Source of the DNA: Candidatus Fervidifonticultor quintus
Lineage (GTDB): Bacteria > Sysuimicrobiota > Sysuimicrobiia > Sysuimicrobiales > Humicultoraceae
Assembly: GCA_031459535.1 (NCBI GenBank)
Contig: JAVKIJ010000023.1
Location: 1 to 37,105, forward strand
Direction of reading: 5' to 3'
DNA length: 37,105 nucleotides
Part shown: one piece after another, positions 18,451-27,319 of the stretch
Numbering within the stretch: the stretch's first letter is position 1
Layout: each line of letters starts with the position of its first letter
Position numbers and translations under genes: made by a program
The notes under the pieces: generated by a model
Seen by the model: the letters and a program-made list of their open reading frames with translations, nothing else
Databases searched by the model: none
What the model was told of the DNA's origin: nothing

Positions 18451-20225
18451 CGGACCACAACGGGGATCCGCTCCGCGCCCTGAATCACCCAGTCGGTCCG
18501 CACAGTCCGACCGGCCGGCACGTCGAACCGGGTGAAGTCCTGGGCCGTCGTCGGCAGTCCGAACGGCAGGACCCGCACGAAGATATCGGTGTTCTTCCCG
18601 AAGTTCTCGAACAGCCGCAGTGCGGTCTCCAGGCTGTCCACCCCCCAGGGAATCGGCTCGCCGCTCAGGGCCTGGCCCAGCTGGGATTCCACCGGCACGC
18701 CGGGCTGGTCGATCCCTGCCGACCGCACGATCACGAAAGCCGGGCCCCGCGGGAAGTCCGGGGGCACCGGGACCTCGACGATCCGGGTCACCGTGCTCTC
18801 CGACAGATACGGCCGGAGCAGCACGCGCACGCCCAGCGTCGCGCCCGGTGAGATCTCGCGTGAAGACACCTCCGCGTCCACGATCGAGGCTGTCTGCCGT
18901 CGCCGGGTGATCACGGTTTCCACGGTGAGATCAAAGGGCTCGAGCTGCTTCAGGTCATTGTAGAAGGCCAGCTCCATGGCGTCCACGACGTCGAGCACCG
19001 CGGCAGTCGCCACGTCCCGGGTGCTGTAGAAGGTGTTCTCCCGGACGATGGGCGACGGCAGCCCCCGTGCCCGCAGGGTGAGTTTCGTGATCGCCGTTCC
19101 CTCGCCGCCCGACTGATTGCGTGCTCGCTCAATCGCCGACAGCGCCACCAGCGGCGCGAACAGGCGGACCATGTCGCGCCGGCGGGCCATCTGAGCGCCC
19201 AGATCGACCCGGGTGCCCGTGTCCTGATCCGTCACGACCACACGCACGTTGAAGAGCCGCGGCAGACGCCCCAGCGTGCCGGCCACGGCGGCGCCGCGAT
19301 CCTGGTCCACGATGCCGATGATCTGCCCGAGGTTGCCCACCTTGAAGGGTCGGGGAAGGGCGCGGACCACCGTGATGACCTCCGAGGCGGCCAGGACGTA
19401 CTCCACATCGCCCAGGTTCTCCCATGGGTGGCCGCAGATCAAGACGCGGTTGCCGATGCGGGCTGTGACGGTGCAGATGCCGCCGAAGTCTACATCGCCG
19501 CGCACCTCCTGGATGCCGACCGAACTTCCGGGCTCCACGGGGCGGGCGGCGAAGTCTGCCCGGCCGCCGTGCCCCTGCAGGATCTCATAGCCCATCGGCT
19601 TGAGCACCTCGGTCAGAACCCGCTCGGCGCGTGGGCTCAGGCCGCGTGAGAAGGTGGCGACCGCGGGGGCGGCCACGGCCACACCCGCGAGCCCGACGGC
19701 CTGCAGACGGCGTGCCTGCCGGAGATCGGACGCGACGACCACGCGCTCGACCAGGCGACCGCCGATGAGGTGCGGCCGGCTGGCCCGGTAGACCGGGAGC
19801 GCTGCGCCGGATCGCCGGTCCAGGACCTTCAACATGTCGGCAATGGGCGTGGCCAGGGCGATATCGCGCTGCGGGGACTGCCACGTGAACGCCGCGCTGA
19901 GGGCGCCGATCAGTCTTCCGTTGATATAGAGAGGGCTGCCGCTCATCCCGGCCGCCGTGCCGCCAGTCCGCTCCGGCAGGGGCCCGAACATTCGAAAGAG
20001 GACCAGCCGGTCCGCCCCGATCGATCCACCGCCCGACTGCAGGATGTCGAGCACCTCGAATCCGAACTCGTCGATCCTCTGACCGGAGATGACGGTCTTT
20101 CCGATCCCGCGCATGCCCGGCTGGACCCTCTCAAGCGGCAGGATCGCCGGGGCCTGCGCTGGCTGGCCGGCGACCGGGGCCGTCAGAGCCAGGGTCAAGA
20201 TGAGCACTGCAAGCGTACGCGTCAC
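18447..20225 (-). CDS. SpoIVB-like peptidase S55 domain protein, exported (paralogue)
   Basis: GMRGIGKTV, GTAAGMSGSPLY, ICGHPW; signal peptide. Confidence 0.88.
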   Translation of the reverse strand: MTRTLAVLILTLALTAPVAGQPAQAPAILPLERVQPGMRGIGKTVISGQRIDEFGFEVLDILQSGGGSIGADRLVLFRMFGPLPERTGGTAAGMSGSPLYINGRLIGALSAAFTWQSPQRDIALATPIADMLKVLDRRSGAALPVYRASRPHLIGGRLVERVVVASDLRQARRLQAVGLAGVAVAAPAVATFSRGLSPRAERVLTEVLKPMGYEILQGHGGRADFAARPVEPGSSVGIQEVRGDVDFGGICTVTARIGNRVLICGHPWENLGDVEYVLAASEVITVVRALPRPFKVGNLGQIIGIVDQDRGAAVAGTLGRLPRLFNVRVVVTDQDTGTRVDLGAQMARRRDMVRLFAPLVALSAIERARNQSGGEGTAITKLTLRARGLPSPIVRENTFYSTRDVATAAVLDVVDAMELAFYNDLKQLEPFDLTVETVITRRRQTASIVDAEVSSREISPGATLGVRVLLRPYLSESTVTRIVEVPVPPDFPRGPAFVIVRSAGIDQPGVPVESQLGQALSGEPIPWGVDSLETALRLFENFGKNTDIFVRVLPFGLPTTAQDFTRFDVPAGRTVRTDWVIQGAERIPVVVR

Positions 20226-20330
20226 ACTGCGTCCCCCTTTCGCATGGACCGGGCCGCCGCTCGAACCCGCACGGTGCGGGACATCCCCGTAGCGCGGGCG
20301 TCTATGGGAAAGACTGACTCGGCTGGGCGC

Positions 20331-20639
20331 TTACCTGGGTTCGAGGCGGGCCACCACTGTGCCAAGCTCGCGAATCACCACTCCGGGTTTGACCAGCACC
20401 TCGATCACGCGGCCGTCCGCCGGCGCGCGGGCCGCCACACCGCGGCCGGTCTGCGTCTTCACATAGACCAACGGAGCGCCCTCTCGTACTTCGTCCCCCG
20501 GGGTGGCAAGACCGTCGGCGAGCACCTCGCCCCGCAGCGTCGCCTTGACATCGATCGGCGGCCGCGGGGCGCCAATCACCGTCGCCGTCAGGATGACAGC
20601 GATCGCGACCCCCAGGCCAGCGACGACGCGCGCACGCAT
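20331..20639 (-). CDS. Small exported biotinyl/lipoyl-fold (barrel-sandwich) protein
   Basis: N-terminal hydrophobic helix, GDEVREG.PL, RAPADGRVIEVLVKPG; lacks the MKM acceptor motif. Confidence 0.75.
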   Translation of the reverse strand: MRARVVAGLGVAIAVILTATVIGAPRPPIDVKATLRGEVLADGLATPGDEVREGAPLVYVKTQTGRGVAARAPADGRVIEVLVKPGVVIRELGTVVARLEPR

Positions 20640-20652
20640 GGCACGTCACCTC

Positions 20653-20661
20653 ATTATAACA
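20653..20661 (-). promoter_or_regulatory. Extended -10 promoter (TGnTATAAT) at head of OM cluster
   Basis: Minus strand reads TGTTATAAT GAGGTGA CGTGCC ATG, an AT-rich consensus in a high-GC background. Confidence 0.65.
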
Positions 20662-20684
20662 TACGGCCATTGCGCCGCCCGCGT

Positions 20685-21836
20685 TCACGGCTGGAACTCG
20701 TCCGGTCGGGCCGCGGCGCGGCCGAACCACAGTCGAATGGCCTCGACGATGCGCCGCGCGGCGCGCCCATCGCCATACGGGTTGCGGACCGAGGCCATCG
20801 CCGCTCGCGCAGCGGGATCGGCGAGCAGGCGAGCCGCCCGCTCGAAGATCTTCCGACGTGATGTGCCCACCAGCTCCACCGAACCAGCGACTACCCCCTC
20901 CGGGCGTTCGGTCACCTCGCGCAGCACCAGGACTGGAGTGCCCAGCGCCGGCGCCTCCTCCTGCACCCCGCCGGAGTCCGACAGGATCAGGTAGGCCGCA
21001 CCCATCAAGCGAACGAACGGCCCGTAGTCAGGAGGTTCGATCAGATGGGCCCGAGGATGGCCGCCCAGCACGTCGGTGGCCACCCGACGCACCGTGGGGT
21101 TGGGATGCACCGAGAACACCACCACCACGTCGGCGAAGCGCTCGAGGAGATCGAGCAGCGCCTGGTAGATCTCGCGCAGCGGCTCGCCCCAGTTCTCCCG
21201 CCGGTGTGTGGTCACCAGCAGCATGCGGGCGCCGCGCAGGGGCGGGATGCCGGGCGGGAGGGCCAGGTCGGGCCGCGCCACCACATCCTGGAGGGCGTCG
21301 ATCACGGTGTTGCCGGTCACGAAGATCCGGTCCGGCGGCGTGCCCTCGGCCAGCAGATTGGCCCTGGCCTGCGGCGTGGGCGCAAAGTGGAGGTCGGTCA
21401 GCACCGAGGTGAGACGCCGGTTCATCTCCTCAGGAAAGGGCCGGTACTTGTCGTGGGTGCGCAGGCCCGCCTCCACGTGACCGACGGGTATCTTGTGGTA
21501 GAAGGCTGCCAGCGCCCCCAGCATCGTCGACGCGGCGTCGCCCTGGACCAGGACCATCGCAGGCCGCAACTCGGCCAGCACGGGGTCCAGCCGCGCCAGG
21601 GCCCGTGTCGCGATGTCGAACAGCGACTGCTCGGGCAGCATGATGTCCAGGTCGCGGTCAGGGGTGATCGCAAACAGGCGGAGCACCTGGTCGAGCATCT
21701 GGCGGTGCTGGGCGGTGACGACCACGACCGGCCGCAGGTCCGGGCTCTCGCGCAGCCGCGCGACGACCGGCGCCATCTTCACGGCCTCGGGCCGGGTGCC
21801 GAAGATGACCATGATCGGCAGGCGGTCGGCGCTCAC
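20685..21836 (-). CDS. wecB: UDP-N-acetylglucosamine 2-epimerase (non-hydrolysing)
   Basis: FGTRPEAVKMAP, HVEAGLRT, PFPEEMNR, TGNTVIDA, HRREN, DSGGVQEEAP and NPYGDG motifs. Confidence 0.97.
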   Translation of the reverse strand: MSADRLPIMVIFGTRPEAVKMAPVVARLRESPDLRPVVVVTAQHRQMLDQVLRLFAITPDRDLDIMLPEQSLFDIATRALARLDPVLAELRPAMVLVQGDAASTMLGALAAFYHKIPVGHVEAGLRTHDKYRPFPEEMNRRLTSVLTDLHFAPTPQARANLLAEGTPPDRIFVTGNTVIDALQDVVARPDLALPPGIPPLRGARMLLVTTHRRENWGEPLREIYQALLDLLERFADVVVVFSVHPNPTVRRVATDVLGGHPRAHLIEPPDYGPFVRLMGAAYLILSDSGGVQEEAPALGTPVLVLREVTERPEGVVAGSVELVGTSRRKIFERAARLLADPAARAAMASVRNPYGDGRAARRIVEAIRLWFGRAAARPDEFQP

Positions 21837-22918
21837 CGAACCAGCAACCCCATGCGCTGCGCGCCCACGATCAACGCGGCGGCAATGGCCCCGAGTGTGA
21901 TGATCGCAGCCGGGCGATTCACGCCGGCCAGCGCCAGGGCACCCAGGCCGAGCAGGGCGCTGACCAGATAGAGCAGGAAGACCGTCTGGCGTTGCGACAG
22001 GCCGCGGTCCAGCAGCCGGTGGTGCAGGTGCCCGCGGTCGGGCAGGTAGATCGGCCGGCCGCTGCGCGCGCGGCGGAAAATGGCGAAGGCGGTATCCGCG
22101 ATCGGCACACCCAGGGCCAGGATAGGCACGATCAACGAGATCGCAGTGTAGGACTTGTACAGCCCCATGACCGACAGGCCACCGAGGACGTAGCCTAGGA
22201 ACATCGAGCCCGAGTCGCCCATGAAGATGCGAGCCGGGCTGAAGTTGTGGCGCAGGAATCCCAGGGCGCTGCCCACCAGCGCCGCAGCCAGCGTCACGGA
22301 CACCACATCGCCTTTGGCGCCGGCGGTGAGCAGCAGGGTGGTCCCAGCGATGGCGACAATCCCGGCGGCGAGCCCGTCGAGGCCGTCAATGAAATTGATG
22401 ACGTTCACCACCGCCACGACCCAGAGCATGGTGAGCCCCACGCCCCAGGGTCCCAGGAAGATGGTCTTCCCTGTGAGCGGGTGCGTGATGAACCGCGTGG
22501 TCAAGCCGAAGGGGATCAGCGCCGCGGCAGCGGCGGTCATGGCCAGGAACTTGAGCCCGGGCGGCATCGGCCTGAGGTCATCGTAGACGCCGACCAGGAG
22601 CAGGAAGGTTCCGCCCAGCATGATCCCCAGGATGGCCTGGTCGGTCCTGGGCGCGATGGGGATCCGGATGAAGGTCTCGGTGGGAGTGCGCACCAGATCG
22701 ATCGGCCTCGTGACCACCATCGCGACCACCGCGGCCGCCAGGAACCCCAGGTAGATTGCGACCCCGCCCAACCGGGGCGTGGGCCGGGTGTTCACGCGCC
22801 GGCCCCCAGGGTAGTCGATCGCGCCCAGGCGCCGGGCCATCCGCCGCACCGCGGGCGTGAGCGCGTTGGTCACCAGCGCAGCCACCAGGGCAGCCACCAG
22901 CGGGCCAGGGAAGGACAT
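21833..22918 (-). CDS. Undecaprenyl-phosphate GlcNAc-1-phosphate transferase (WecA/TagO, MraY family)
   Basis: PRLGG, GVYDD, NFIDGLDGL, IFMGDSGS and DRGHLHHRL motifs; multi-TM. Confidence 0.93.
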   Translation of the reverse strand: MSFPGPLVAALVAALVTNALTPAVRRMARRLGAIDYPGGRRVNTRPTPRLGGVAIYLGFLAAAVVAMVVTRPIDLVRTPTETFIRIPIAPRTDQAILGIMLGGTFLLLVGVYDDLRPMPPGLKFLAMTAAAAALIPFGLTTRFITHPLTGKTIFLGPWGVGLTMLWVVAVVNVINFIDGLDGLAAGIVAIAGTTLLLTAGAKGDVVSVTLAAALVGSALGFLRHNFSPARIFMGDSGSMFLGYVLGGLSVMGLYKSYTAISLIVPILALGVPIADTAFAIFRRARSGRPIYLPDRGHLHHRLLDRGLSQRQTVFLLYLVSALLGLGALALAGVNRPAAIITLGAIAAALIVGAQRMGLLVR

Positions 22919-22946
22919 CAGCCGGCCTCCGGGGCGTCCAACCCGG

Positions 22947-23903
22947 CTACGGCGTCGTCGGCACCGCGAACAGGGTGCTCACCGACCGATCTTCATGGAT
23001 TCGGCGGATCGCCTCTGCCAGCATCGGCGCGATGGAAACCACATGGATCTTGTCGATGCGCTTGGCCTGGGAGACCGGCACCGTATTGGTGGTGACCAGC
23101 TCCCGGATGGCGCTGGCGGCGATGCGGTCAATGGCCGGCCCCGAGAGCACGGCGTGGGAGCAGCACGCGTAGACCGCTTCCACACCGCGTGCGGCCAGCG
23201 CCGCGGCCGCCGCCGTGAGCGTGCCCGCCGTGTCCACGATGTCATCGACGAGGATGGCGGTGCGGCGGTAGACCTTGCCGATCACGTGGGTGACCTCCTT
23301 GACGTGGTTGGGGCGGTCCCGCCGCTTGTCGATGATGGCAATGGGCGCGCCAAGTTCGGCGGCGAATTCCCGCGCCCTGGCGGTCCCCCCGATGTCGGGC
23401 GACACCACCACCAGATTCCGCAGGCCCTTGTCGCGGAAGTAGGCGGAGAGCATGGGCCGCGACGGCAGATGGTCCAGGGGGATATCGAAGAACCCCCAGA
23501 TCTGGCCCGCGTGGAGGTCAACGGTGAGGATCCGGGTGGCGCCAGCCGCGGTGAGCAGATTCGCCACCAGCTTGGACGTGATGGGTTCCCGCGGCTGCGT
23601 CTTACGGTCCTGGCGCGCGTAGCCGAAGTAGGGAATGACGGCGGTGATCCGGCCGGCGGACGCGCGCCGCAGGGCGTCCAGGATCACCAGGAGTTCCACC
23701 AAGTGTTCGTTGACCGGCGGGCTCGTGGGCTGGATGACGAAGACGTCCTCCCCCCGCACGCTCTCGGCGATCCGCACGCTGACCTCGCCGTCCGCGAAGC
23801 GATACGTCTCCATCTCGCCGAGCGGGATACCCACCAGCTCCGCCACTTCCTCGGCTAGTTCCGGGTTGGCGGAACCGCTGAAGATCTTCAAGCGGGGCGA
23901 CAT
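22947..23903 (-). CDS. prs: Ribose-phosphate pyrophosphokinase
   Basis: FADGE, PYFGYARQDRK, DLHAGQI, VSPDIGG and VDDIVDTAGT motifs. Confidence 0.98.
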   Translation of the reverse strand: MSPRLKIFSGSANPELAEEVAELVGIPLGEMETYRFADGEVSVRIAESVRGEDVFVIQPTSPPVNEHLVELLVILDALRRASAGRITAVIPYFGYARQDRKTQPREPITSKLVANLLTAAGATRILTVDLHAGQIWGFFDIPLDHLPSRPMLSAYFRDKGLRNLVVVSPDIGGTARAREFAAELGAPIAIIDKRRDRPNHVKEVTHVIGKVYRRTAILVDDIVDTAGTLTAAAAALAARGVEAVYACCSHAVLSGPAIDRIAASAIRELVTTNTVPVSQAKRIDKIHVVSIAPMLAEAIRRIHEDRSVSTLFAVPTTP

Positions 23904-23913
23904 CGGCGCACGC

Positions 23914-25296
23914 TCAGGGGGTCGGCTTGGAGGCCGGCGACTCCGGTGCGTGCTGGCGCCGGATCACCCGGGCCGGCATGCCCACCGCCACGCCGCCCGG
24001 CGGCACGTCGCGCTTGACGACTGATCCGGCTCCGGTGTAGGCGCCCTCGCCGACCACCACGGGCGCGATGAGCATGGTGTCGCTGCCGATGAACGCCCGG
24101 TCTCCGATGACCGTCCGATGCTTGGCGCGGCCGTCGTAGTTGCAGGTAATGGTTCCTGCCCCGATGTTGACGTCGGCGCCCACGGTGGCGTCTCCAATGT
24201 AGCTCACGTGGTGCACCTTGGTGCGGTCGCCGATGGTGGAGTTCTTGATCTCCGCGTAGTTCCCGATCTCCACGAACCGGCCGATGCGCGCGCCGGGCCG
24301 CAGGTGGCTGTAGGGGCCGATGGTCGAGCCTTCGGCGACGGTGCTGCGTTCGATGGTGGAGGCCACGATGGTGACCCGATCGCCCACCTCGGCGTCGATG
24401 AGCCGGGCGTGCGGCCCGATGGTGCACTCCGCCCCGATGGTCGTCTGTCCCTCCAGCGCGGTGCCGGGATGGAGCACGGTGTCGCGGCCGACGCGGACGC
24501 CGGCGTGCACGTACGTCGCCTGCGGATCGATCACGGTCACGCCGGCCCGCATGAGCTCGTCCAGCAGCATGGCGCGCATGGCGGCCTCGGCGCGGGCCAG
24601 CTCGGCCCGGCTGTTGATCCCGGTGGCCTCCCCGCTGGAGGAGACGACCACCGCGGCCACGGTGTGCTCTTGCTGCAGCAGGGCGTGGATCGCATCGGTA
24701 AGATAGTACTCGCCCTGGGCATTGGCCGGTTCCAGGGTCCGCAGTGCGTCCCGCAGCGCACCGGCCTCGATGGCGTACATGCCCACGTTGACCTCACGGA
24801 TCTCGCGCTCCGCCGGAGACGCATCGGTCTCCTCCACGATGCGCCGGACATTGCCGCGTCCATCGCGCACGACGCGGCCGTACCCGGTGGGGTCATCGCG
24901 CAGGCCGGTGAGGATCGTGGCCGCGGCACCCTGCGCGCGGTGATGGGCCAGCAGGGTCTCAATGGTCTGCGCCCGCAGGAAGGGCACGTCGCCGTAGACG
25001 ATGAGCACCGTGCCAGCATGGTCCTCCAGCAGCGGCAGCGCCTGGGCGACGGCATGGCCCGTCCCCAGCTGTTCGGCCTGGACGGCGTAGCGAACGCCAT
25101 CGCCCAGGACGACGCGCACCTGCTCCGCGCCGTGGCCCACCACGACCACGGGCGACGCGATCCCGACCTGCGCCAGGGTGTCCAATACATAGGCGATCAT
25201 CGGCCGGCCACAGATCTTGTGGAGGACTTTGGGCAGCGCAGACGCCATCCGCTTGCCCTTGCCAGCGGCCAGCACGACCGCTTCGATCTCATGCAT
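23914..25296 (-). CDS. glmU: Bifunctional UDP-GlcNAc pyrophosphorylase / glucosamine-1-P acetyltransferase
   Basis: LAAGKGKRM, QLGTGHAV, YGDVP, EYYLTD, GAGTITCNYDG and hexapeptide repeats. Confidence 0.98.
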   Translation of the reverse strand: MHEIEAVVLAAGKGKRMASALPKVLHKICGRPMIAYVLDTLAQVGIASPVVVVGHGAEQVRVVLGDGVRYAVQAEQLGTGHAVAQALPLLEDHAGTVLIVYGDVPFLRAQTIETLLAHHRAQGAAATILTGLRDDPTGYGRVVRDGRGNVRRIVEETDASPAEREIREVNVGMYAIEAGALRDALRTLEPANAQGEYYLTDAIHALLQQEHTVAAVVVSSSGEATGINSRAELARAEAAMRAMLLDELMRAGVTVIDPQATYVHAGVRVGRDTVLHPGTALEGQTTIGAECTIGPHARLIDAEVGDRVTIVASTIERSTVAEGSTIGPYSHLRPGARIGRFVEIGNYAEIKNSTIGDRTKVHHVSYIGDATVGADVNIGAGTITCNYDGRAKHRTVIGDRAFIGSDTMLIAPVVVGEGAYTGAGSVVKRDVPPGGVAVGMPARVIRRQHAPESPASKPTP

Positions 25297-25411
25297 CGAC
25301 GGGCTCCCCCAGCGTTCCAGCCTGGGGATTTCTGTCCGGTATGAGGGATTCCCTCCGAAGATCGCCCGGTCTACCGGCCTCCCCTCATGGGAACATCACT
25401 CACAGGCCCGC

Positions 25412-26716
25412 ATGGTGCCCCGTCTCCGTGCACACCCGACCCTGCTCGGCCGCGTCACGGCCGCCAGCGCCCTCATTGCGGTCGCCTTCGCGCTGGCCCT
25501 CGGGTGGCTCACCAGCCGGCAGGTCACTGCCGCCGCAGAGCGAGAGGCGGTCGCATCAACCGCGCTGGCCGCGGACATGCTGCTTGGGCCCTACCTGGTC
25601 AAAGGCGACTTCATCTACCCCCTCTGGGCCGCGCGCCTCGACGATCTCGACCGATTGATCGGCCGCCATCTGAGGGGTCAGGGCATCATGCACGTGCGGC
25701 TGTGGAACCGGATCGGCACCGTCGTCTACTCCACCGATCGTCGCAGCGTCGGACTGCGATCTGCGGGAGCCCCGGAGCTGGCCGCAACGCTCGCTGGCCG
25801 CATTCTGGCCCGCATCGGCCCATCGCCGGCTGGCATTCAGGGAGAGGGCGGTGGGTCGGGGGACGTGCTGGCAGTGTTCGCCCCGGTGCGTCTGGCGGGC
25901 ATGACGCAGCCCGAGGGCGTCTACGAGGTGCACCGCGACCCCGCTCCGCTGCTGGCGCACGTGCGCGCCATACGGCTCCGCGTGTGGGTCCTGGTGCTGG
26001 TGGGCACCGCCGTTTTGTACGGCTCCCTGTTTGGCCTCGTGCGTCGCGCGTCCGACACCTTGCTGGCGCAGCAGCAGGCGCTGCGGCAGGCCTTCGAGGG
26101 TACCGTGCAGTCCCTGGCCGCCGCTGTGGATGCGAAGGATGCGTACACGGGCGACCACTCATCGCGGGTCTCCCGCTACGCGGAGGCCATCGCTTGCGCC
26201 CTGGGGCTCCCCCAGGAGGACATCGAGGTGGTCCGCCTGGCGAGCTACCTCCACGACCTGGGCAAGATCGGCATACCGGACCGTGTGCTGCTCAAGACCG
26301 GCGTGCTCGACGAGCGGGACTGGGTCGCGGTGCGCGGGCACTCACTGATCGGTTACGAGATCCTGCGGCCGGTGCCCATCGATGAACGCGTCAAGCTCGC
26401 CGTGCGGCACACCCACGAGCGCTGGGACGGCGCAGGCTATCCCGACGGCCTGCGTGGCGAGGCCATCCCGGTCCACGCGCGCATCCTCATGGTGGCCGAT
26501 ACTTTCGAAGCCATGACCTCGGACCGTCCTTATCGCACGGCCCTGGATGTGGCGGCGGCCGTCGCCGAACTGCGGCGCCATTGCGGCAGCCAATTCGATC
26601 CCCGTGTGGTCGAAGCGTTCCTCGCCACGCTGGAACAAGACCCCGTCGCTGTGCAAACCTCCATGTCAGCGACGCGGGCGCGCCGGTTCGCATCCGTGCA
26701 ACCCGCCGTCGAGTGA
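25412..26716 (+). CDS. Membrane-bound HD-GYP cyclic-dinucleotide phosphodiesterase with extracytoplasmic sensor domain
   Basis: Two TM helices flanking a sensor region; DAKDAYTGDHSSRV, LHDLGKIG, HERWDGAGYPDGL, ADTFEAMTSDRPY; start uncertain (ORF open from 25217). Confidence 0.9.
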   Translation: MVPRLRAHPTLLGRVTAASALIAVAFALALGWLTSRQVTAAAEREAVASTALAADMLLGPYLVKGDFIYPLWAARLDDLDRLIGRHLRGQGIMHVRLWNRIGTVVYSTDRRSVGLRSAGAPELAATLAGRILARIGPSPAGIQGEGGGSGDVLAVFAPVRLAGMTQPEGVYEVHRDPAPLLAHVRAIRLRVWVLVLVGTAVLYGSLFGLVRRASDTLLAQQQALRQAFEGTVQSLAAAVDAKDAYTGDHSSRVSRYAEAIACALGLPQEDIEVVRLASYLHDLGKIGIPDRVLLKTGVLDERDWVAVRGHSLIGYEILRPVPIDERVKLAVRHTHERWDGAGYPDGLRGEAIPVHARILMVADTFEAMTSDRPYRTALDVAAAVAELRRHCGSQFDPRVVEAFLATLEQDPVAVQTSMSATRARRFASVQPAVE

Positions 26717-26767
26717 GGGTCAGGTCCATCACGGTACGCGGTACAGGGAAGTGAGGACGAGCTACGG

Positions 26768-26841
26768 TGGCTGCGGGGCCAGGACTCGAACCTGGATTTG
26801 GAGGTTCAAAGCCTCCCGGCATCCCCTTAGCCCACCCCGCA
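26768..26841 (-). tRNA. tRNA-Gln(TTG), 74 nt, encoded CCA
   Basis: Acceptor TGCGGGG/CCCCGCA, anticodon arm GGAGG-CTTTGAA-CCTCC, T arm CCAGG-TTCGAGT-CCTGG, 3' GCCA. Confidence 0.93.
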
Positions 26842-27211
26842 ACAATCCACGAAGCCCTGAACCCACCCGGCGATGCGGTGGTTCAACGCCGTGCTACGGC
26901 GGACAAGCATCTTGATAGTACCATAAGTAGGCCTCACCGGTGTTCTTCCGCTTTGGCGAAGGATTGTGCCTCTTGAAGCAGAGTCGTAGGCGACCAGGGG
27001 TCAGGTCGAGGTGCCGTCCCCAGAACCCGCAAGCGACCTCTGGCCTGGCACTCCGGTGGATGTAGAGCGCGTACGTGATATCAGACTCGTTTACTCCGCA
27101 GCAGCAACGGAGCCAGTTTCGAAAGTCCAGGAGCATATGCGGGTCCGTATTGCTATGACAGACCTGCCTGCGGAGGTCCACGGCCTTGAGCCTCTGCAGC
27201 GGCTTGCCCAT
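26827..27211 (-). pseudogene. Decayed tRNA-associated HTH/LAGLIDADG-like protein (internal deletion + frameshift)
   Basis: MGKPLQRLKAVDLRRQ..SNTDPHML..F..WL...YIH....FW...FKRHNPSPKRKNTGEAY; removing one T near 26925 continues YGTIKMLVRRSTALNHRIAGWVQGFVDCCGVG*; visibly lower GC. Confidence 0.65.
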
Positions 27212-27319
27212 CTGCCAACCGTGGGCGCACGCACGGCGCCCATTACGTGAATCGGCTGCCCCTGGGGTCCTGCAGGGGATGGGCAGTGCCTGTTGGAGCC
27301 TACGAGGTCGCGGCTCGGC

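Noticed and set aside
16651-20225. Sporulation locus implied by SpoIVB-like domains
   Set aside because: No other sporulation genes; S55 domains occur in non-sporulating bacteria
25297-25411. Possible att-site duplicate of the tRNA 3' end flanking the HD-GYP gene
   Set aside because: No convincing repeat of the tRNA sequence and no integrase in the window
26768-27260. Intron-split tRNA hypothesis
   Set aside because: The 74-nt tRNA folds completely without interruption and no second 5' half was found upstream
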